Assembly (NCBI GenBank): GCA_037447435.1
Contig: JBBIGR010000070.1
Coordinates: 1 to 14,488 of the forward strand
DNA length: 14,488 bases
Reading direction: 5' to 3'
Origin: Fibrobacteria bacterium
Lineage (GTDB): Bacteria > Fibrobacterota > Chitinivibrionia > Chitinivibrionales > FEN-1185
Shown here: piece after piece, positions 7,159-14,488 of the stretch
Position numbering within the stretch: position 1 is the stretch's first letter
Layout: each line of letters starts with the position of its first letter
The notes under the pieces: generated by a model
Database searches by the model: none
What the model saw: the letters and a program-made list of their open reading frames with translations, nothing else
Told to the model about the DNA's origin: nothing
Program-made: the position numbers and the translations under genes

Positions 7159-10100
7159 CGAGAAACACCGATTACTATTTTGTTAATTGTAACGCCGCCG
7201 TCGGGATCGTGAATTTCTACTATGCAAGGATACGTTCCCGACCCCACTACCCTATTCATGTTGTTTTTTCCGTCCCACCAAAAGTAAAAGGCCCTGTTGC
7301 GATACGGTATCGATGAATTGACAATGCAATTCCCCAACGCATCAAAAATCGCTGCCGTGGCGGTACAATTTTCAAATGGAGAATCGGTTGTTGCGGAGAT
7401 GACCGTTCCCGTTAAAGAAGCAATACCGCTTATCGATTGCAAATTGGGTGGAATACGTGAAACGCCGGGGCAGAATGGGTTTGTCGAAATTGCGAATTTC
7501 CATCGGCTTTGCGGATAAACTATTTCCAGCGCGACTTTTCTGTTTAAATTTTGAATTTGCTGGTTTCCATACTCATCGGAGATATTTGCGGCAGGATCTA
7601 TCCACATACTGTCGCCCGGCGACGGGTACATAACGGTAGATGGCGTAATTGCATTTACGATAAAGCGGCATACTCCATTCCGATTGTCCTGGTTTAAAAG
7701 AGTAAACGCATAGGTGTATCCATACCGTCTACTTGAGCAAATAAACGGTTTCTGAGAAGAAAATCGCACGTTTTCCGTAAAGGCAACCGTCAGCGTATCC
7801 GCCGAGCGTATTCCCGACGAAAATGAACCGAGATTATACCGTGCCGATGCAATAACGGGTGCGGCACCGTCTTCTGCAATAGACGTTATGGGATTGTTTG
7901 TTACGCCTTTGTAATTTAATGTACTTGTAAAGCTGCCGGATGTTTTTACCCCTTTGAGATCGCCGCTTACGCCAAGACCGGAAAGAGGAACCGTAAATAC
8001 CGAATCGTTTTGCACCTTACTATTTGTTACATCTGCAGAAACAGTCTTGGAATCCAATTGACATGAAATGGATGTTATGTCCGACGGTGATGTTTTTTGC
8101 GAAAATATCAGAACGAGACTATCGATGATGCCGTCGGAATTTCCATCGCGATAATATGATGTTACCGTGGGAATTTTTACAGGATTTTTTACAATAATGG
8201 CAATGGAATCGGATTGCAATCCTGCTGATGATACGACCACAATCGCAGTTCCGCTAGCGGTAGCTCTTGTTATAACACCATTCCATGCTGCTACGGATTG
8301 TCCGGATGCGGTAACAATGGAATTATCTTTGCTGGTCCATGTTGCGATTGTCGCATAGCCAAGATAGGTGCCCAACGAATCTCTTACGATTGCATAAATA
8401 TTGATTTTGGATTGTCCTACTTCCAATGATACGTTTTGAAACGGTGCATCGGATGTCGGATTAATTGCGGCTGTGTCGAGAATAATGTCAAGATGATGCG
8501 GTATCGGCGGCTGCACCGAGTCCGAAGTGATTATCACGACCGCGCTATCGCCTTTGTTAGATTCTTTATCCGCTGCAATCCACGAGTAATTTACGGTTCT
8601 GAGTCGCGATACCGATGGATTGAGGGACTTTGCTTTTGCCGTATAGGAAATGGTCCCGCCTTGTTTGATACTGAGCTTCGGAATTGTCCAGGTGATGATG
8701 TTCCCCGAAATAACCGGTGAAATACCGAGCTGCGGCCCGCTTGTAAAACCGACAAAAGAGAATGCCGCGGGAATCGTGTCGCGAATTACGATATTATACG
8801 CATCGCGGCCTGGAAGCGGTCCGTTCCCTGCAACGCGACGCCATATGTAGCCGTCCCATTCTTCCACAAGGACCGTTCTCACATTTTGCGCGGATGTCGC
8901 GCACGAGTGGGCGTTCCATGTGGTGACGGGTACATCCGGCTTGTCCGGATCGGTCCAGTCGTTTGTTACCGGGAAATAATAACCGCCATCGTCGTCGCTG
9001 GATTTCATGTCCCACGACCAGTCGTCGTTCCAAGCAACGTTTACCCAGTCGTTTCTGTTGATAAACCATACCAATCGCAACGGTACGAGACCGCCCCGGT
9101 GAATGCGCCCTGCAAGTCCGCGATATTCCTGCAGATGGTGATCTATGGTAGCCAGATTTATTTTCCGGTTCGCATTGGACGGGTCCGAAAACTGTACGAT
9201 AATCCGCTGATTCCATTTGCCGATGGAATCCTGGCCCTCGCTGACTCGTTCATGAAAGATCGGCAGGCTATCGGAAAGACCTTCTACAATTGTCGACTGA
9301 AATACCCAGCCCGGTACATTTTGGGCACTTGCAAGACCCGTTACCAGCGAATCGTACAAATAATACGATACGCGGTAATTGCCGAAGTCGATATACGATT
9401 CCTGGGCATCGTGAAAAAGCCGGAAGCGCATGTTGTTTCTCGATGATACGCCGACATTGTCCGTTGTTTGCGAAAAAGAAAAATGCACGCCCGGTCTGCC
9501 GCCGTTTATCCATCCCGCATCCGAGGTGTTCTGGAATGTAATTGTAAACTGAACCGTAGAATCGGGCTTGAGCGTTGTTTTTGATGCGGTTTTTTTTATG
9601 ATCAACGCTCGTTTCGCAATGTCCAGATAATTGCGTTCCATTACCGATGTAATGTTATTCGGATATTCGTCGGACGTCCATCCGCTTCCGTTTGCACAGG
9701 ATATGGTTACTTTGTTTCGATACTGTTTTTGCGTCGCGGCTCTTACCAATATTTTTACAGTAACGGATCCTTTCGTCGGGCCAATGCCGCTTGCGGTTTT
9801 AAATCCTTTCAGTGAACCGATATTCCATGTAACGACATGTGAGGTGGAATTGTATACGCCGCCATTACTTGCGGATGCAAATACAAAATCATTATGCAAC
9901 GTATCGACAATTGTAACGCCTTGGGCATCCTGCGAACCGTAGTTTCGATAATCCACGGTGTAGGTAACGGTGTCGTTTTCGAAGGCAAATGTTTTATCTA
10001 TGGCCAAATACACTTTTGTATTTGCGGTCGGTTTTGTTGCGGACGGCGGTTGATAATTGCCCGAAAGCATAAGTAAACCCAATAACCTGAACCAGCCGTG

Positions 10101-11579
10101 ATAATATTTGGGTACACTGGTGAGATATCCGTCACCGGTCGTTTCGACATCCCATTCGATTTCGCATTGCCTGTACATTTGGGCCATGAGATCGAAGTCT
10201 TGAGACGCAACCGCGGACACGGACCCGACGCCTTGTATCCAATTAAGGAAAAAAGTGGTCACGGCGGTCCCGTTCATTGTCCAGTCGGAATAAAGTACCG
10301 ATGGTCCCCAGTACGAAGCGGAAGGATTTGCCCCGGAAACGCAGGAATTATTCCACGGCGCTTGCCTGTTGTCGGAAAGGAACTTAGCAAAGCGCAAACC
10401 CATGTCCCGTTCGAAGGTGTTATTTGTCCCATTGGTAATGCGATGAGTGGCCGGGTCCCAGGTATAGGCGGGATTGCCGTTCCATACGTAGTTCAGTATC
10501 GTTCGCCAGGCAAGTCTGAAATCTTCACCGTCATTAAACCGGTCAAACGTCGCTTCGTTATTGTCCGATACGCTCACCCACCCGGCATATGGAATATTTT
10601 TTGGGGAGCTCTGATATAGTTTGCCCATAAGCCAGTCTGTCGAGGCTTCGCCGCGTCTAAATTGAAATATGTTCCAGGCATATTCCGCTGTATTTTCTTT
10701 TGTCAGATAATCCGCGAATTCCCTGAAATAAGCGGGAGAATAATAATCGAAATGCTGGGGCGTCGGCCCGGCGCATTCTGCAACCCGCGGTAATCCGCTT
10801 TTTTGTTTGTCGGCTGCCCAGGCGGTGAGTTCTTTCCACGAATCCCCGCCTTTTATATATCCGTCGAGGCCGATGTCTCCGCTCAAATAATTCAAACCGT
10901 TGTTTACAAAAACCAACGTGTCCGTCAATCCTTTGAGAAATTCGTTCAAATCGTGTTTATAGGAGATCGGCGTGCCGTTTTTATCGTTTATCCCCATTAA
11001 ATCACCCCATTGACAATAGGCATAATAAAGAGCGAGCGCCATATCGATATCGCCGTCCGTTGCGGAATTGTCTCCGGAATTATTTGTCCACCCCGGGAGC
11101 GTACTATACACGTAATTGGGCGATTTTTCACCCGTCAAATAACGCGTTACCTTATTCATGGCGAAATCATGTATCCAAAGCCATAATCCGTCGAACGTTT
11201 TTTTGTCTGCCATGGCTGCGGCCGCAAGCATTGCATAGCCGTCCCCTTCGCTGCAATCCGGATTCGACCGGAATTTGACGTATTTCGTACCGTTCAATAC
11301 TTCGCCGGTGTAATAGGCCCTATTCATCATGATGCGGTATGCGTCGCGTATGGTCTGCTCCATTTCCGCATGCGATACTCCCGCAGGAGTATGTGTTGCA
11401 AGATTGCCGAGCGAAACGGTTGCGTTTTGATACGGTTGAAATTGGGGAAAAGGAAATGACGGATTTCCCGAGTTTATATATACGGAATCAAGGGGCGGCG
11501 GTGTTGCAGCACCTATAGCGGCAATGAGTACTAATACTATTATAGAGGATATTTTTAATTTCATAAGCTCATTAAGCAT
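7155..11579 (-). CDS. Secreted multidomain glycoside hydrolase family 8 (GH8 - DUF11 - split DUF11 with CBM3-like insert - Ig-like domains - FlgD-Ig/CTD-like tail)
   Basis: GH8 motifs SEGDGYAML (E111), FDGLW, SATDGDIDMALAL and YYSPAYFR. DUF11 motifs (DTVTYTVDYRNYG...VTIVDTL...VTWNIG). C-terminal IFDALGN...WDGKN...VGSGTY. Signal peptide MKLKISSIIVLVLIAAIGA; the start could be 11564. Confidence 0.9.
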   Translation of the reverse strand: MLNELMKLKISSIIVLVLIAAIGAATPPPLDSVYINSGNPSFPFPQFQPYQNATVSLGNLATHTPAGVSHAEMEQTIRDAYRIMMNRAYYTGEVLNGTKYVKFRSNPDCSEGDGYAMLAAAAMADKKTFDGLWLWIHDFAMNKVTRYLTGEKSPNYVYSTLPGWTNNSGDNSATDGDIDMALALYYAYCQWGDLMGINDKNGTPISYKHDLNEFLKGLTDTLVFVNNGLNYLSGDIGLDGYIKGGDSWKELTAWAADKQKSGLPRVAECAGPTPQHFDYYSPAYFREFADYLTKENTAEYAWNIFQFRRGEASTDWLMGKLYQSSPKNIPYAGWVSVSDNNEATFDRFNDGEDFRLAWRTILNYVWNGNPAYTWDPATHRITNGTNNTFERDMGLRFAKFLSDNRQAPWNNSCVSGANPSASYWGPSVLYSDWTMNGTAVTTFFLNWIQGVGSVSAVASQDFDLMAQMYRQCEIEWDVETTGDGYLTSVPKYYHGWFRLLGLLMLSGNYQPPSATKPTANTKVYLAIDKTFAFENDTVTYTVDYRNYGSQDAQGVTIVDTLHNDFVFASASNGGVYNSTSHVVTWNIGSLKGFKTASGIGPTKGSVTVKILVRAATQKQYRNKVTISCANGSGWTSDEYPNNITSVMERNYLDIAKRALIIKKTASKTTLKPDSTVQFTITFQNTSDAGWINGGRPGVHFSFSQTTDNVGVSSRNNMRFRLFHDAQESYIDFGNYRVSYYLYDSLVTGLASAQNVPGWVFQSTIVEGLSDSLPIFHERVSEGQDSIGKWNQRIIVQFSDPSNANRKINLATIDHHLQEYRGLAGRIHRGGLVPLRLVWFINRNDWVNVAWNDDWSWDMKSSDDDGGYYFPVTNDWTDPDKPDVPVTTWNAHSCATSAQNVRTVLVEEWDGYIWRRVAGNGPLPGRDAYNIVIRDTIPAAFSFVGFTSGPQLGISPVISGNIITWTIPKLSIKQGGTISYTAKAKSLNPSVSRLRTVNYSWIAADKESNKGDSAVVIITSDSVQPPIPHHLDIILDTAAINPTSDAPFQNVSLEVGQSKINIYAIVRDSLGTYLGYATIATWTSKDNSIVTASGQSVAAWNGVITRATASGTAIVVVSSAGLQSDSIAIIVKNPVKIPTVTSYYRDGNSDGIIDSLVLIFSQKTSPSDITSISCQLDSKTVSADVTNSKVQNDSVFTVPLSGLGVSGDLKGVKTSGSFTSTLNYKGVTNNPITSIAEDGAAPVIASARYNLGSFSSGIRSADTLTVAFTENVRFSSQKPFICSSRRYGYTYAFTLLNQDNRNGVCRFIVNAITPSTVMYPSPGDSMWIDPAANISDEYGNQQIQNLNRKVALEIVYPQSRWKFAISTNPFCPGVSRIPPNLQSISGIASLTGTVISATTDSPFENCTATAAIFDALGNCIVNSSIPYRNRAFYFWWDGKNNMNRVVGSGTYPCIVEIHDPDGGVTINKIVIGVSR

Positions 11580-11594
11580 GCCGTGTTATCGCAT

Positions 11595-12425
11595 TCAATG
11601 TCCAAACCGCGCGCCCGGATTTTTTTCCGGGAGTTCCCGGTTCAGGCATTTCGATTTTTCGCTTGTCGTAAAGTCCATTTTCCTCGGATTTCTGAACAGC
11701 GGATCGCAGAAAATGTTTGACGGCTGCAATTCTTTGTTATTGCATGAAATGCCGTTTGCAAAGAAACAGTTGGACGAAATCGCGACATTTAAATCTTTTG
11801 GAGCCACCTTTATGCCGTAATGTTGATTATAAGCGAATATATTGTCGGAGATTCCGATGCGGATCGGTTTGGCAATTGTGATTCCGTTGTTCAAGTTGTA
11901 CGCTATGGTATTATGGTCGATGACAGGAAACACGTCGGCCTGCAATTCATACCCCACTACGCCCGATCCGCCATTGAACGCGATGATATTGTCGGTGATT
12001 TTCGGCAAGCCGCCAACGCATAAAACGCCGGTGCGGCTGTTATTGACTATGCGGCATTTCTCTATGCTGTTTCCAACACCTTTCGAATACACTCCGAAAT
12101 TCCCGTTCCTGATTTCAAACCCGCATAAGGCGGATCTGCCGCTCACGGTCACCGCATATGTCCGCCGTGCCCCATCCAGGACCGCAGACAAGGGCGGTTC
12201 GCTCGCAAGCACAACGCCGTTTGATACAATCACATTCTCTTTGTAAACGCCGGGTTTCACCAGAACGGTGTCGCCCGGCTGGCCGGCGGTAATTGCGCTC
12301 ATAATGTTCTGGAACCGTGATGAGGGCACGGTCACGCATTCCGCATGCGCCTCCAATGTCGTCATTATAAACAACATTGACATTGCCACAATCGCAAGGC
12401 GATTAAAACCGGATCGGTTTGTCAT
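11595..12425 (-). CDS. Secreted right-handed parallel beta-helix protein (pectin-lyase-like fold, NosD/DUF1565-like)
   Basis: Signal peptide (AHA cleavage), N-cap 'VPSSRFQNIMSAI...GDTVLVKPGVYKE', repeated rungs (ITDNIIAFN, IDHNTIAYN, ISDNIFAYN, ISSNCFFAN) and a C-terminal DPLF motif. ATGA overlap with the upstream gene. Confidence 0.85.
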   Translation of the reverse strand: MTNRSGFNRLAIVAMSMLFIMTTLEAHAECVTVPSSRFQNIMSAITAGQPGDTVLVKPGVYKENVIVSNGVVLASEPPLSAVLDGARRTYAVTVSGRSALCGFEIRNGNFGVYSKGVGNSIEKCRIVNNSRTGVLCVGGLPKITDNIIAFNGGSGVVGYELQADVFPVIDHNTIAYNLNNGITIAKPIRIGISDNIFAYNQHYGIKVAPKDLNVAISSNCFFANGISCNNKELQPSNIFCDPLFRNPRKMDFTTSEKSKCLNRELPEKNPGARFGH

Positions 12426-14488
12426 TTGGATGGCCCTTCCTGCAATTTTTTCAATTCGGCTTTCGCTTTGTTAATTTTATCCTGCACTTCATCCTGTTTC
12501 TTTTTTGCATTGTCGATTTCTTTCAGGTTTTCTTTTCCATTTCTGATCAAATCTACCCGTGCCCTCGTATAGTCGATGTCTTCCTTGAGCTTGGGCAGGC
12601 TCCTGCCGAAAAGGGACGCACGTTTGTAGCGGTCAAGAAACCCGGCATACTCATCGAGTTTTTCCTTCAATCGCTTCTGCGATCCATGCAGGCTGTCAAT
12701 CTGCGACGATACGTTCCTTGATTCCCCTTTTCTCGAAAAGCTTGCGAACAGTTCCCCAAGGGAATCATAGTTCCGATGATTTATCTCGTATTCGTCTTTT
12801 TTAAATGATAAAGAATCGTCGGTCAATGGTACGTAGTTGTCAAGTTTCCTACGCGCATCATCGAGCAGGGAAATTGCTTCATCGTCGTGCTTGAAATGCA
12901 GGTGTCCGTAGGCCTTAATCAGCATACCCTCGGCCATGGGCACAACGTCGTCACTTTGTGAGGCAAGCTGCTGTCCGTAAGAAATGCAATCGTTCCATTG
13001 GCCTGCCTTTATTGCGGTCCAGGCGAGTCCGAGCAGCGCCTCTTCATAATACATGCTTTCTTTGGTGACCATCCGCAGCACCGAAACCGCCTTGGCAAGC
13101 GAGTCTTGCTCGTAGAATAAATATCCTGCAAGGAGATATGTCCTGTTGTTGATCTCAAAACCGGCCTTTGTTGCGGGCTGTGCGATAATTGCATTTACCA
13201 AAGAAGAAACAGTCATCGCAGGATCATTGTCCGAATTCATATGGACTACGGCCAAAGAATGCTGCGCATAGGGAAAATCAGGATGGTCGGCGGGAATTTT
13301 TAACAGGTACGGAATGGCTTCCTTGAATTTTCTTTGGTTTATGCAGGTTTGTCCCATAAGGTACTGCGCATGGCATTTAAGAGAATCCGGCATTTTTGCG
13401 CTTATACCTGTTCGAAGATTTATCTTCCGGTATTGCTCTTCCAACTCGGCGAATTTCCCTTGCCGGTAATATATCCGCATCGTTGCCAGCTGGGCATAAG
13501 GAAACAGTTTACTTGAAGGAAACAACAGTTTTGTCTCTTCGAAATTGTTTGCCGCTGCAGATCGTAAATCGAGTTCCTCAAGGCAAAGCCCCATATGATA
13601 CGATACGTTGTCGTTGCGGAAAAAATCCGGGTAATCCGAAAATATCCGGGCAAAAACCTGATACGCCTCCCAATATTTTTTATTGGCGAACAATGTCATC
13701 GCCTTGTTATAAAGGTTACCGGGCATCAGGTTGAGCAATTCTTTCATTTTCTGTGCATGGATTTCTTCACGTTGCCTGCCCAAATCGCAACGGACATACA
13801 CGGAATGCGCTGCGGCAAGACCGTCGGCAACGTCGTTTCTGTATTGATAGGTGAATTCCAGGTCGCGTCCATTGTTCAGTTGCGTTATTTTCATGCCTAA
13901 ACCCACACCCCAGAAATCAAACCCGTTTTTAGAAAAGCCAAGATAGGGTTTGATCTCAAAAAGATGAAAAGGATAATATCCCGCCTCACATTGCAGATTC
14001 AGCCCGTTCGCCGGGCTCGCATTGTTGAAAACGGCCGCATCGGCCATGATGTCCGTGATATCAACCTGACAATCGAGACTGAACATTTCCTCAAGGTAGG
14101 TCGAATGGTACGCCGCTTTAATTTGCCGGCTTTCTTTTTCAACCGGGATGTTTTCGCTGCCGCTCCCGGCCATCACATAGTTCGCAGGGTTCTCATACAT
14201 CAATCCTAAGAGATGATTGCCCCAAAGCGGATCGCTGAACAAGCGATAGCTTATACCCGCATCGCAGGATATTTCCGTAGAAGGGTTGCCGAAGTCGGTC
14301 TGATTAAGGGCTTTAAGGTTGATTCCAAGACTCAGGTCTTTCCAGACGACAGCCGCATACGATACCATGAAAAGGACATTGTTGTTCGAAGAGCTGTTGA
14401 CGGAAACGAAATCCGCACTATTTGGAACGAATGATTCGTTTTCCACCGACTTCCCGTTTTCGGCGACCACCGTCGCGCCAAAAGATTG
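12422..14488 (-). CDS. Beta-barrel + TPR + coiled-coil protein (paralog A), 5'-truncated by the window edge
   Basis: The frame is open to 14488 (QSFGATVVAEN aligns with QSIGFSWVGQS at aa ~103 of paralog B), so about 100 aa are missing. Collinear similarity to 4846..7158: WKDLSLGIN/WKGLSVGIN, NNGRDLEFTYQ/NNGRDFMFGYQ, LYNKAMTLF..KKYWEA/LYNKALALY..EKYWDA, HPDFPYAQHS/HPDYLFAQHS. Confidence 0.85.
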   Translation of the reverse strand, partial: QSFGATVVAENGKSVENESFVPNSADFVSVNSSSNNNVLFMVSYAAVVWKDLSLGINLKALNQTDFGNPSTEISCDAGISYRLFSDPLWGNHLLGLMYENPANYVMAGSGSENIPVEKESRQIKAAYHSTYLEEMFSLDCQVDITDIMADAAVFNNASPANGLNLQCEAGYYPFHLFEIKPYLGFSKNGFDFWGVGLGMKITQLNNGRDLEFTYQYRNDVADGLAAAHSVYVRCDLGRQREEIHAQKMKELLNLMPGNLYNKAMTLFANKKYWEAYQVFARIFSDYPDFFRNDNVSYHMGLCLEELDLRSAAANNFEETKLLFPSSKLFPYAQLATMRIYYRQGKFAELEEQYRKINLRTGISAKMPDSLKCHAQYLMGQTCINQRKFKEAIPYLLKIPADHPDFPYAQHSLAVVHMNSDNDPAMTVSSLVNAIIAQPATKAGFEINNRTYLLAGYLFYEQDSLAKAVSVLRMVTKESMYYEEALLGLAWTAIKAGQWNDCISYGQQLASQSDDVVPMAEGMLIKAYGHLHFKHDDEAISLLDDARRKLDNYVPLTDDSLSFKKDEYEINHRNYDSLGELFASFSRKGESRNVSSQIDSLHGSQKRLKEKLDEYAGFLDRYKRASLFGRSLPKLKEDIDYTRARVDLIRNGKENLKEIDNAKKKQDEVQDKINKAKAELKKLQEGPSK

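Noticed and set aside
8118..8147. DGNSDGIIDSL as a dockerin (cellulosome) motif
   Set aside because: Only one loop is present and it is followed by a beta-strand. Dockerins need a duplicated loop-helix repeat.
5083..14434. Numerous 60-190 aa + strand and alternate-frame ORFs overlapping the - strand operon
   Set aside because: They overlap four long, motif-supported genes and none has a recognisable domain.
14468..14470. GTG at 14470 as the true start of paralog A
   Set aside because: The frame remains open to the window edge and aligns to aa ~103 onward of paralog B, so the signal peptide and NPA region must lie outside the window.
1..14488. CRISPR arrays, tRNA/rRNA genes, transposases or integrases
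   Set aside because: I saw no regularly spaced repeats, RNA-gene signatures or recombinase motifs.

Overview
The window has two contrasting parts. (1) Bases 1-~3000 are a visibly AT-rich accessory patch of short, co-oriented + strand genes: a 5'-truncated, apparently frameshifted gene whose tail resembles a T9SS-type sorting domain, two type II toxin-antitoxin modules (BrnT-like toxin with a CopG/BrnA-like antitoxin; DUF6364-like antitoxin with a PIN toxin), each with a clear sigma70-type promoter, and a secreted hypothetical protein. An orphan methyl-accepting chemotaxis protein follows (3085-4764). (2) Bases 4846->14488 are a tightly coupled - strand operon: [beta-barrel+TPR+coiled-coil protein A, truncated by the window edge] - [secreted right-handed beta-helix protein] - [1474-aa multidomain GH8 glycoside hydrolase] - [paralogous beta-barrel+TPR+coiled-coil protein B]. 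The GH8 protein carries DUF11 Ig domains, a divergent CBM3-like module apparently inserted inside its second DUF11 domain, further Ig-like domains and a C-terminal FlgD-Ig/T9SS-CTD-like domain. My best candidate for an undescribed system is this operon: a CTD-bearing polysaccharide-degrading cargo flanked by two PorV/PorP-like barrel-TPR fusions, possibly a dedicated surface export/display module. The protein styles suggest Fibrobacterota (Chitinivibrionia-like), but that is inference only. All family calls come from motif recognition by eye; no searches were run.
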